From NCBI GenBank assembly GCA_036803025.1, contig DAIRVC010000001.1, forward strand, positions 1-55,826: a DNA stretch of 55,826 nt, in the 5' to 3' direction. The stretch comes from Anaerolineales bacterium (GTDB lineage: Bacteria; Chloroflexota; Anaerolineae; Anaerolineales; E44-bin32). Position numbers and translations under genes: made by a program. Under the pieces are notes generated by a model. It saw only the letters and a program-made list of their open reading frames with translations, did not search any database and had not been told where the DNA came from. Of this stretch, positions 1 through 8,424 are shown piece after piece. Each line of letters begins with the position of its first letter. Positions within the stretch are counted from its first letter, which is position 1.

Positions 1-457
1 CGCCCTGCGGCAGATCGCGCAGGAGTACGCCGGCGATGTCCACATCGTGTACCCCGTGCACCTGAATCCCAACGTCCGCCAGCCGGCCCACGAGCAGCTG
101 GCGGGCCTGCCAAACGTGACCCTTACCGATCCGCTCGACTACCTTCCGATGGTCCACCTGATGAAGCGCGCCACGTTAGTCCTGACCGACTCGGGCGGTC
201 TGCAGGAGGAGGCGCCTGCGCTGGGAACGCCGGTGCTGGTGCTGCGCCGCGTGACGGAGCGCCCGGAGGCGATCGAGGCCGGCACTGCCCGTCTGGTGGG
301 CACTGATCCAGCGCGCATCCTAGCCGAGACCCGCCGTCTTCTGGATGATCCGGCTGCGCATGCGGCCATGGCCCGGGCGGTCAATCCGTACGGCGACGGC
401 CGCGCCGCAGAGCGGATCGTCGAGGCCCTCCTGCAACAGCCGCGCCGCGAGCCGTAG
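1..457 (+). CDS. wecB: UDP-N-acetylglucosamine 2-epimerase, C-terminal part (5' end outside window)
   Basis: The frame is open from the window edge. [23 protein letters not shown] and [13 protein letters not shown] motifs are typical of non-hydrolysing UDP-GlcNAc 2-epimerases. Confidence 0.85.
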   Translation, partial: ALRQIAQEYAGDVHIVYPVHLNPNVRQPAHEQLAGLPNVTLTDPLDYLPMVHLMKRATLVLTDSGGLQEEAPALGTPVLVLRRVTERPEAIEAGTARLVGTDPARILAETRRLLDDPAAHAAMARAVNPYGDGRAAERIVEALLQQPRREP

Positions 458-491
458 CCCGGACCCGAGCATCCCCTTGGGGGCGACACCT

Positions 492-1508
492 GTGCGCGTA
501 CTCCTGGTCCCTCACATCCCGGGCTCCGCCGGCCCGGCCAACTTCCAGCGCCGGTTGTCCGCCGGCCTGAGTGCGCGGGGGGTACCGGTCGGGCAGGATT
601 TCTCCGCCGGCCGGGGCGACGTACTGCTGGTGGTCGGGGGGACGCGCAACCTGGCAGCGCTGCTGCGCGCCAAACGGCGCGGCGCAAGGCTCGTCCAACG
701 CCTGAACGGGATGAACTGGATCCACCGCCGCACGCGGACCGGGGCACGTCATTACCTGCGGGCGGAAGTCAACAATCTGCTCCTGAGGCTGATCCGCAGC
801 CGGCTGGCTGAGGCGATTGTCTACCAGAGTCGATTCGCGCAGTCATGGTGGGAGAGAGTCGGCGGCCCGACGGGCGTGCCGACGCACGTGGTCTACAACG
901 GCGTCGCCCTCGACGAGTACCATCCATCGGGCGAGGGATCGCCGCCAGCCGACCGCTGGCGGCTGTTGGTGGTGGAGGGCAACCTGGCCGGGGGGTATGA
1001 GCACGGCCTGCGGGCCGCCTTTGGGCTGGTCGAGCGGTTGACTGCGAAGGCCGACCGCCCGGTCGAGCTGGTCGTCGCCGGACAGGCCCACCCGGCGCTG
1101 CGCGCGCATTGGCAGGCGGCGAGCACCGTCCCGGTCCGCTGGCTGGGACAGGTGCCGTGGGGCGAGATCCCGGCGTTGGATCGCAGTGCGCACGTCCTCT
1201 ACGCCGCCGACCTGAATCCGGCCTGCCCGAACGCGGTCATCGAGGCGCTGGCCTGTGGGCTGCCCGTGGTTTCCTTCGATACCGGTGCGCTGCCCGAGTT
1301 GGTGACCGGCGATTCCGGCCGCCTGGCGCCCTATGGCGGCGACCCGTGGAAGCTCGAGCCGCCCGACCAGGACGGCCTGGCTGAGCGGACCCTCGAACTC
1401 CTGGCCGACCAGCCGCGCTTCCGCCGCGGCGCGCGCCGGCGAGCCGAGGCGGGTCTCGGGCTGGAGGCCATGCTCGACGGCTACTGGGCCGCTCTATTTC
1501 CCCCTTAA
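492..1508 (+). CDS. Glycosyltransferase family 4 (GT-B, retaining type)
   Basis: The GTG at 492 gives N-terminus VRVLLVPHIPGS, and the upstream part of ORF 345.. overlaps wecB. The C-terminal half has the GT4-like E-x7-E region (NAVIEALACGLPVVSFDTGALPELV). Confidence 0.75.
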   Translation: MRVLLVPHIPGSAGPANFQRRLSAGLSARGVPVGQDFSAGRGDVLLVVGGTRNLAALLRAKRRGARLVQRLNGMNWIHRRTRTGARHYLRAEVNNLLLRLIRSRLAEAIVYQSRFAQSWWERVGGPTGVPTHVVYNGVALDEYHPSGEGSPPADRWRLLVVEGNLAGGYEHGLRAAFGLVERLTAKADRPVELVVAGQAHPALRAHWQAASTVPVRWLGQVPWGEIPALDRSAHVLYAADLNPACPNAVIEALACGLPVVSFDTGALPELVTGDSGRLAPYGGDPWKLEPPDQDGLAERTLELLADQPRFRRGARRRAEAGLGLEAMLDGYWAALFPP

Positions 1509-1515
1509 CTCCTGC

Positions 1516-1544
1516 TTGCGCAGGAACCTCAGACGACGAATAAT
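1516..1544 (+). promoter_or_regulatory. Candidate sigma70-type promoter (TTGCGC-17 nt-AATAAT) in an AT-rich island upstream of the first lipoprotein gene
   Basis: Hexamers and the 17-nt spacer were read directly. A 6+2+6 inverted repeat GTGACGcccGTCAC follows at 1557-1570. Confidence 0.4.
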
Positions 1545-1665
1545 CAAGGTTATCCTGTGACGCCCGTCACAAGGAGGCCCTTCCGACCGTTCACTCAACA
1601 GACGATTCGTGCGCCCGCCGCCAGCCGTGGAGCGGTCGCGTAGCGCTCATCTCACTGGAGGCCCC

Positions 1666-3453
1666 ATGGATCCCCGTCGCGCCGGCGCACTGCTACTGGT
1701 TCCTGTCACCCTCTTCCTGGCGGGTTGCGGCGGCGGTGGCGGCGGAGGAGGCGGTGAGGCGCCCGCCGGCGCGATGCCGGCCTTCTGCGCCAGCCAGACC
1801 CCTGTGCAGGTCTCCCCGGCCGACGGGGCGGAGATCGGCAACGCCGGCATCCCGCATCAGTGGCTCAACTTCGTGTACGACGCGAGTGAATGCCAGCCGC
1901 CGTATTTCGAAGCCCAGCATTCCACGAGCCCGGACTTCTCGAGCGACGTCGACCAGGACGAAATCCCGTTGGGGTCCGGGTCTGAGTTCTATGGCGCTTA
2001 TCCACTCCAACCGGGCACGACTTACTACTGGCGAGTGCGCGCCGCGTGGGACGATGCTGCGGCCGCCTGGTCGCCGGTCTGGTCGTTCCACACCATCGAT
2101 GTCTGCGACGCCTCGGACCTGGCTGCGCCGTGGCCGATCGACCCGGAGAATGGCGCCGGGACGGAGGCGATCCTGCCCGGCTTCCATTGGTCCTATCCTG
2201 ATGTGGCCTGCAGCCCGGAGGGCTACCACTTTCAGGTCTCGGCTTCCGAGGACTTCAGCTCCACGCTGATTGACCAGCGCGATCCCACGCCTTTCGAACA
2301 TGCCTACCCGAACGTTGCCTTCGAACCGTGCACACTCCTGTACTGGCGCGTGGCCGCGTACCGCGGCGAAACCGACGGTCCATGGTCGGAGACGCAGAGC
2401 TATTGGGTTGAGCCAGATGAAGGCTGCAGCCTGGCCTGCGCGGCCGCATCGTTGGTCGAACCGGAACCGGTCGCCCCGTCGCTGTATGAGAACGTTGGGA
2501 TGGCGCCGGTCCAGGGTCTGGCGCCGCACCTGCTTCAATGGAGTTACCCGGCGCCTTGCCAGCCGGAGGGTTACGCTGTCCTGCTGTCGGATGAGCCCGA
2601 GTTCGTGAACAACTTCTGGGGCGCAAACACCGGCTCGCCAATCCCGAGTTGGACGCCCTACCTGCCACTGAATCCAGCCACACAGTACTGGTGGGAAGCG
2701 GCAGGGATGGTCGGGACGGATGTAGGACCCTACAGCAACCGGATGACCTTCTTCACCGGTCCCGAGTGCGACTCGTCCGGCCAGCTGGACATTCCCACGC
2801 TGCTCAGCCCGAGCGACGGCGCAAGCGTCGGGACCCTGCACCCGCGACTGCGCTTCACGATCGGCGCAGACGGCTGCGTGCCGGATGGCTACTATGTCGA
2901 CGTCCAGACCGATCCGGATTTCGGCGGTGAGAACGTGCTCGGCCTGGACCCCACGCAGCACATCCTCACCACCAATGTGTACGCGCACAGCCTTGCCTGG
3001 TGCGCGACCTACTACTGGCGCGTCGCGGCGGTCGAAGGTGATGTCCAGGGCGAATTCTCGGAGACCTGGTCGTTCACACCGCTGAGTGCAGTGGAGTGCA
3101 CGGGGAACGCGCCGCTTGTGGTCGGGCTCCAGGAGGCGGCCTGCTACTACGGCCCTGGAGCGGCATTCCAGATCCTTGGCTACTTGCTCGAGGGGGAGTC
3201 GGCGCCGCTCTTCGGCCGCGACATGTCCGGCCTGTGGCTGGCGATCGACAATCCCGACAATCCCGGGCAGCGCTGCTGGCTGGAGCGCCGCTTCGTCGAT
3301 GTCGCCGGTGAAGAGGAGGGCCTGCGAATCTTGAATCCGCCGCCTGCCTGCCGGGCCGAGTTGAGTCAATCGGATTGCACCGCCGCGGGCGGGACGTGGA
3401 CGCAAACGCACGATGTCAGCGGGGCGCCGCAGTCCTTCTGCCAGTGCCCGTAG
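1666..3453 (+). CDS. Secreted lipoprotein with four FN3/Ig-like repeat modules, an SH3-like segment and a Cys-rich tail (paralogue A)
   Basis: ATG 1666 lies 5 nt after GGAG. Lipobox LFLAGC is followed by a poly-Gly linker. YYWRV / LYWRV / YWWEA / YYWRV signatures recur every ~100 aa, and the protein ends FCQCP. Confidence 0.7.
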   Translation: MDPRRAGALLLVPVTLFLAGCGGGGGGGGGEAPAGAMPAFCASQTPVQVSPADGAEIGNAGIPHQWLNFVYDASECQPPYFEAQHSTSPDFSSDVDQDEIPLGSGSEFYGAYPLQPGTTYYWRVRAAWDDAAAAWSPVWSFHTIDVCDASDLAAPWPIDPENGAGTEAILPGFHWSYPDVACSPEGYHFQVSASEDFSSTLIDQRDPTPFEHAYPNVAFEPCTLLYWRVAAYRGETDGPWSETQSYWVEPDEGCSLACAAASLVEPEPVAPSLYENVGMAPVQGLAPHLLQWSYPAPCQPEGYAVLLSDEPEFVNNFWGANTGSPIPSWTPYLPLNPATQYWWEAAGMVGTDVGPYSNRMTFFTGPECDSSGQLDIPTLLSPSDGASVGTLHPRLRFTIGADGCVPDGYYVDVQTDPDFGGENVLGLDPTQHILTTNVYAHSLAWCATYYWRVAAVEGDVQGEFSETWSFTPLSAVECTGNAPLVVGLQEAACYYGPGAAFQILGYLLEGESAPLFGRDMSGLWLAIDNPDNPGQRCWLERRFVDVAGEEEGLRILNPPPACRAELSQSDCTAAGGTWTQTHDVSGAPQSFCQCP

Positions 3454-3580
3454 GGGAGAACCAAGAATGGGATGGGCTGGAACCGGTCGCGAAGTTGACT
3501 GAGGCTCCAGCTGAGTTGGGGACAGGGGCCGGAACGACATGCTGAGTGCTTGCGCGGCCGCGCAAGCTGGGGAGGAACCC

Positions 3581-5353
3581 ATGCGCCGCACGCTCATCCT
3601 GCTGTCCGCATCCCTGCTCGCCGCCTTGGCGCTGGCTGCCTGCGGCGGGACCACGCCGCGAGGCGGCGGGGGCGGCGGCCCGATGCCGTACTGCGCGGCC
3701 GACGAACTGCAGATCCCGGTGCTGGTCTCACCGGCTGATGGCTCGAACGTCGAGATGGCCGGGCTGACCTTTCACTGGATCTACAACCCGGCCGGCTGCC
3801 TGCCGGAGGAGTTCGAGGTTCAGGTTTCGCAGACGGTAACCTTCGACAACTACTCGGGGGCCACGCTGGACTACGGTGAAGACCACTGGTCTCCGCAGGT
3901 GGGCATGCTCCCGGCCACGGTCTACTACTGGCGGATGCGGGCTACGGTCTCAGGCGGTCCCGGCCCGTGGTCCCCGGTCTGGTCGTTCTATACCGGGCCG
4001 GTGTGCGAGGCGGCCGCGCTGGTCGCGCCCCAGACCGTCTTCCCGCACGGGTTCATGTTCGTCTACGACGCGCCCTCCTTCCAATGGACCTATCCGGACA
4101 GCACCTGTGTCGCCGAGGGGTATCACCTGCAGGTCGGCGGCGACGCCGGCTTCACCTCGGTTGTGGCCGACCTGCGGGCGGCCAATCCGGCAACGACATG
4201 GACGCCCGCCTTCGATCTGGTGAACTGCGGCGTCTACTACTGGCGTGTGGCGGCGATCGATGGGGATAGCGACGGGCCGTACTCGGCCGCGCAGACCTTC
4301 TCGGTCAACGCCGCGGCGACCTGCACACAGACATGCACTGCGGACCAACTGGTTGCGCCGGTGCCGCTCTTCCCGCCGCACTACGCCAACGTGGGCACGG
4401 CGCCGACCGAAGGCCTTGTCCCCGGGCTGTTGCAGTGGGGCTATCCAATGCCGTGCTTCCCGGAGGGCTTCGGCGTCCACCTCTCGACCTCGCCGGACTT
4501 CAGCGGCCCGAGCCTGGGCGGCGGCGTCCACCCGGTGACGGCCTTCGGCGGCAACTGGAGCCCCGGTGTTACCTTGGAGCCGGCCACCCAGTACTGGTGG
4601 GAGGTGTTTGCCGGGATCGGCACGACCTTCGGGCCGACCAGCCCGGCGCGCTCGTTCTTCACCGGACCTGAATGTGAGTCCGGCGCCGATGCCGTGCCGC
4701 CGACGTTGCTTTCGCCGCAGGATGGCGCCACCGTCGACACGCTTTCGCCGTGGCTGCGCTATACGCCGGGCGAGGGCGGCTGCGTGCCGGACGGGTGGGC
4801 CATCTACCTGGACACCGACGATGACTTCGCGGGCGAGGATCCGTACGCCTCTTACTACTTCCCCGGGACGAACTTCATGCCCGACCCGTTGCAGGACTGC
4901 ACCACGTACTACTGGCGCGTCTCGCCCATCCAGGATGACTTCGTTTTGCCCTGGTCGGAGGTCTGGTCGTTCCGAACCCAGACCGGAGCCACCTGCCTGG
5001 CCGGCCTCATCCACGGCCTGGCGCTGCAGGAGGTGCCCTGCCACCATGGGCCACACCCCGACTGGCCGGTCGACGGCTACATCCTGCAGGGTGAGCGGAC
5101 GCAGGTCTTCGGGAGCGACATGGCCCGCCGTTGGCTGGCGGTCGACAACCTCGACAATCCTGGCCAGCGCTGCTGGGTCCCGTCGGAGGCGATGGAGCTG
5201 CCCGTGGACGTGAACGAGCTGCGGATTCTGAATCCGCCGCTGGCCTGCAACAGCAGCCTGGCGCAGACGGAGTGTGAGGCGGCCAGCGGGACGTGGACCC
5301 GGTCCGTTGGTGCCGCCGCGCCGGCCACCACGTACTTCTGCCAGTGTCCGTAG
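3581..5353 (+). CDS. Secreted lipoprotein with four FN3/Ig-like repeat modules, an SH3-like segment and a Cys-rich tail (paralogue B)
   Basis: ATG 3581 follows GGAGG. Lipobox LALAAC is followed by poly-Gly. The module order is the same as in 1666-3453, and the C-terminus (DNPGQRCW ... LRILNPP ... FCQCP) is shared. Confidence 0.7.
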   Translation: MRRTLILLSASLLAALALAACGGTTPRGGGGGGPMPYCAADELQIPVLVSPADGSNVEMAGLTFHWIYNPAGCLPEEFEVQVSQTVTFDNYSGATLDYGEDHWSPQVGMLPATVYYWRMRATVSGGPGPWSPVWSFYTGPVCEAAALVAPQTVFPHGFMFVYDAPSFQWTYPDSTCVAEGYHLQVGGDAGFTSVVADLRAANPATTWTPAFDLVNCGVYYWRVAAIDGDSDGPYSAAQTFSVNAAATCTQTCTADQLVAPVPLFPPHYANVGTAPTEGLVPGLLQWGYPMPCFPEGFGVHLSTSPDFSGPSLGGGVHPVTAFGGNWSPGVTLEPATQYWWEVFAGIGTTFGPTSPARSFFTGPECESGADAVPPTLLSPQDGATVDTLSPWLRYTPGEGGCVPDGWAIYLDTDDDFAGEDPYASYYFPGTNFMPDPLQDCTTYYWRVSPIQDDFVLPWSEVWSFRTQTGATCLAGLIHGLALQEVPCHHGPHPDWPVDGYILQGERTQVFGSDMARRWLAVDNLDNPGQRCWVPSEAMELPVDVNELRILNPPLACNSSLAQTECEAASGTWTRSVGAAAPATTYFCQCP

Positions 5354-5380
5354 CCTGACTGACGGTGGCCGGACGCGAAC

Positions 5381-5422
5381 CCGCCGACTTCGGAGGTCCA
5401 GGGAGACTTCCGAAGTCGGCGG
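5381..5422. terminator. Bidirectional hairpin between convergent genes
   Basis: A 14-bp perfect stem, CCGCCGACTTCGGA / TCCGAAGTCGGCGG, lies between the stop at 5353 (+) and the stop at 5436 (-). There is no strong U-tract. Confidence 0.55.
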
Positions 5423-5435
5423 GAGGCCCTGATGC

Positions 5436-6911
5436 CTACGGCCAGGTGTACAGGACCGTGTAGCGCACGGTCGTCTCGCCTTCGGCCGGGACTCGCACCC
5501 GGAACTCGATGGTCGACGAGTCCATCTCACTGTAGTCGGCGTTCGCCCGCACGATCTGCCAATCGGTCCAGCGGAAGAGGTGCTCGACCACGCGCACCTC
5601 GACCGCTTCGTCCTTGTGGTTGCGCAGGGTAATCTCGTACGTTTCCTGCAAGCTGTGGTCTGAGGGGCGGGTGAAGTCGGTCTGGATACGCTCACCGACG
5701 ATATCGAAGGCGTCGCCGACATACAGCCGCACGTCTTCGCCCTCGGGGGTGTGGTCGATGGTGTCCTCGCCGATCAGCAGCGCGCTGCCATCGATATCTG
5801 CCTGGTAGACGCGCACGCGGCCGCGCGGCAGGTCGGCGCCGACCTGTTCGGTGTCGAACTCGAGCATGATCATGACGCGCGAGTTGGTGGCCACCCCGTA
5901 GGAAGGATCGGTCTGCGGGTAGCCGGAGTAGGAGCAATACCAGTAGTAGCTCTGGCACTGCAGGCCGTCGTAGACGAAGAACTTTTCGGCGGGTATGCTG
6001 GCGGCGCTGACGAACTCGATTTGCTTGACCTCGTTCTCGCGTACGGTGACCAGGCGCGGGATCTCATACAGGTGATACTCGAAGAACTCACGCTGCTCGA
6101 CATCGGCGGCGGCGGCTGTCGGCTGCGCCATCATCTCGGGCACGGCATAGGCGGCCTGCGTCAGGCGCTGCAGGTCGCCGGCAATCAACTTGAGCTGCGC
6201 ATCCTCGAAGGTCGCTCCGCTGTTGTTGGTCAGGGTGATCCAGCCGTCCAGATCGATGGCGGCATCGTCCGCCGCCAGCAGCACCACGTAGTCCGACTGC
6301 CAGGTGACGCCGCTGGTCAGGTAAGTGACCTCCACGTCGTGCCGCCCGGCCTGTTCGGCCCACAGCTGCCACAGCAGCGTCGGGCGGGTGATCAGCCCGT
6401 CGGGCAGCTCGGGGAATGAGAACTCCTGAACGTTGTCGAGCCGCACGACGGTCACGCGTCCGTCGTCGGCCTGCAGGATGATGTCGCCCCGGCCGCTGAG
6501 CAGGCTGCCCTCGTAGGTGGCGCCATCCTGGGTGACGACACGGATGTGCTCATCCAGGTACCTGTCCAAGAGCGCCGCTGCGCCGACCAGGTCGTACTCG
6601 TAGTTCTGTTCGAGCACCGAGGTGCCCTCCGGGTCGGTCAGGGACATGAACAGCACGCTGCTGGGGTCGATCGAGGCGGCGACGTCGCTGAAGGCGATCC
6701 GGTTAGCGCCGGCGCTCAGGTCGAACTGCCGGCGGTCGCGGACCAAGGCGGTGCCCTGGTTGTAGACGGTCAGAGACAGGGCGGCCTCGGACGCTTCGGC
6801 GGTCGGCGCCGCCGTAGGCGTCGGCCGGCCGGCCAGGCCGTTGCAGGCCAGTCCCAGGGCCAACACGGCCAGAGCGGCGGACAGCGGGCGGGCGGAACGG
6901 AACGGCGGCAT
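5436..6911 (-). CDS. DUF4139/DUF4140-family (MuiA-like) secreted protein
   Basis: It has a signal peptide with LGLAC. The N-terminal LTVYNQGTALVRDRRQFDLSAGANRIAFSDV..IDPSSV pattern is characteristic of the DUF4140/DUF4139 family. Recognised from memory only. Confidence 0.55.
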   Translation of the reverse strand: MPPFRSARPLSAALAVLALGLACNGLAGRPTPTAAPTAEASEAALSLTVYNQGTALVRDRRQFDLSAGANRIAFSDVAASIDPSSVLFMSLTDPEGTSVLEQNYEYDLVGAAALLDRYLDEHIRVVTQDGATYEGSLLSGRGDIILQADDGRVTVVRLDNVQEFSFPELPDGLITRPTLLWQLWAEQAGRHDVEVTYLTSGVTWQSDYVVLLAADDAAIDLDGWITLTNNSGATFEDAQLKLIAGDLQRLTQAAYAVPEMMAQPTAAAADVEQREFFEYHLYEIPRLVTVRENEVKQIEFVSAASIPAEKFFVYDGLQCQSYYWYCSYSGYPQTDPSYGVATNSRVMIMLEFDTEQVGADLPRGRVRVYQADIDGSALLIGEDTIDHTPEGEDVRLYVGDAFDIVGERIQTDFTRPSDHSLQETYEITLRNHKDEAVEVRVVEHLFRWTDWQIVRANADYSEMDSSTIEFRVRVPAEGETTVRYTVLYTWP

Positions 6912-6985
6912 GGCATCCTCCTGCGCGTCGGGCGTCGTTGATTGATAGACGCCGTCAGGCTCGGGCGTGTTCCCGCGCGCCCGTT

Positions 6986-6994
6986 TGATATAAT
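6986..6994 (+). promoter_or_regulatory. Extended -10 promoter element TGaTATAAT
   Basis: TGATATAAT was read directly, 22 nt upstream of ATG 7017. A GAGGTGG Shine-Dalgarno lies in between. Confidence 0.5.
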
Positions 6995-7016
6995 CCCCGT
7001 AGTCGAGGTGGCTTCT

Positions 7017-7661
7017 ATGTGGAAGGACATCCTTGGACGGAGAGAGGAAGAGGAGAAGGTCAGCGGCGAGGGTCGACTACCGCCCGGCCAATCGCTTACT
7101 CAGAAGTTCCCCGTCCTTCACTACGGACCGGTGCCGCGCTTCGACCCGAAGACCTGGGATCTGCGCGTGTGGGGCGAGGTGCAGGCCGAGCGGCACTGGT
7201 CGTGGGAGGAGTTCCAGAAGCTGCCGCGCGCTCGTCTGCGCATGGATATCCACTGCGTGACGCGCTGGAGCAAGTTCGACACGGAGTGGGAAGGGGTTTC
7301 GCTGCGCGTGTTGGTCGAGCAAGGTCTGATCCAGCTCAGGCCCGCCGCCCGCTACCTGCTGCAGCACTGCGAATACGGTTTCACGGTCAATGTCCCGCTC
7401 GAGGTGGCGCTGGCCGAGAACTTCCTCCTGGCGACGCACAACAACGGCGAACCGCTGACGCCGGATCACGGCTACCCGCTGCGAGGCGTGGTGGGATTCA
7501 TCCCCGGGCGCGAGGACCTGGCCACACCGTATTTCTGGAAGGGCGGGAAGTGGCTGCGCGGGCTGGAATTCCTCAGCCAGGACAGGCTGGGGTTCTGGGA
7601 GCAAGCCGGCTACCACAACCAGGCCGACGTCTGGAAAGAGCAGCGCTTCGCGGGCAGTTGA
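7017..7661 (+). CDS. Sulfite-oxidase-like molybdopterin oxidoreductase (small single-domain type)
   Basis: LPPGQSLTQKFPVLHYGPVP, WSWEEFQKLP, DIHCVTRWSKFDTEWEGV and GYPLRGVVG motifs fit the Mo-co binding oxidoreductase domain. Confidence 0.8.
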   Translation: MWKDILGRREEEEKVSGEGRLPPGQSLTQKFPVLHYGPVPRFDPKTWDLRVWGEVQAERHWSWEEFQKLPRARLRMDIHCVTRWSKFDTEWEGVSLRVLVEQGLIQLRPAARYLLQHCEYGFTVNVPLEVALAENFLLATHNNGEPLTPDHGYPLRGVVGFIPGREDLATPYFWKGGKWLRGLEFLSQDRLGFWEQAGYHNQADVWKEQRFAGS

Positions 7662-7748
7662 AGGGCGCCGGCGGCGGGTCGGCGCGAGGGACGGCAGCGC
7701 GGGTCGCCGCGCCGCCGGGTGGCTGCGGCCCACAGATCGGCGGCAGGC

Positions 7749-8420
7749 ATGGAACACGACCGGCATGCGGCCGAGCGGCTGCGCATGGTCGACGAGCAGA
7801 TGTTCGAGCGCGACATCACCGATGCGCGTGTCCTGGACGCCATGCGCTCCGTGCCCCGGCATGCCTTCGTCCCCGCTGAGATCCAGCACCTCGCCTATGC
7901 CGATGCCCCCCTGCCCATCGGCCACCGTCAGACGATCTCGCAGCCCTACATCGTCGCCCTGATGACCCAGTTGTGCGAATTGGGCCCCGAAGCCCGCGTC
8001 CTGGAGGTAGGGACCGGCTCGGGCTATCAGGCGGCCGTCTTGTCACGCCTGGCGCGGCAGGTGTACACGATCGAGCGGCTGCCCGAGCTGGCGCGGCGGG
8101 CGCGCCAGGCCCTCGCTGCGCAGGGGATTGAGAATGTCACGGTCGTGGAGGGCGATGGGACTTTGGGACTGGCGGAGCACGCGCCTTACGATGCCATCCT
8201 GGTCGCCGCGGCTGCGCCGCGCGTACCGGCCGCGCTCAGAGAGCAATTGACGCCGGCCGGCGTGCTGGTGCTGCCGATCGGCGGGCGCGACGGCCAGATC
8301 CTCGAGCGCTGGCGGCGATGCGGTGACGAGTTCCGCCGCGAGCGGGTGACGGCCGTGGCCTTCGTGCCGCTGGTCGGCGCGCAAGGCTGGCCTCTTTCTG
8401 AAGACGACGAAGAACACTGA
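7749..8420 (+). CDS. pcm: Protein-L-isoaspartate O-methyltransferase (cytoplasmic copy)
   Basis: It contains RHAFVP, QTISQPYIVALMTQ, VLEVGTGSGYQAAVLS and VAAAAP..P..L..QL..GG.LV.P. Confidence 0.9.
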   Translation: MEHDRHAAERLRMVDEQMFERDITDARVLDAMRSVPRHAFVPAEIQHLAYADAPLPIGHRQTISQPYIVALMTQLCELGPEARVLEVGTGSGYQAAVLSRLARQVYTIERLPELARRARQALAAQGIENVTVVEGDGTLGLAEHAPYDAILVAAAAPRVPAALREQLTPAGVLVLPIGGRDGQILERWRRCGDEFRRERVTAVAFVPLVGAQGWPLSEDDEEH

Positions 8421-8424
8421 GGGT

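Noticed and set aside
1726-1755. A GGC/GGT-rich tract (also at 3661-3680) as a possible slippage or phase-variation microsatellite.
   Set aside because: The repeats are imperfect mixed Gly codons that encode the flexible linker after the lipobox Cys. There is no homopolymeric or perfect short tandem repeat.
1693-5722. Very long antisense ORFs (1693..3654 -, 3950..5722 -). Similar ORFs occur elsewhere: 8749..10662 +, 12078..13505 -, 20465..22111 -, 22184..23683 -, 33569..35038 +, 54491..55627 -.
   Set aside because: They are Arg/Ala/Gly/Pro-rich with no recognisable motifs. They lie opposite genes with strong family signatures, which is the typical stop-codon-poor shadow frame of high-GC DNA.
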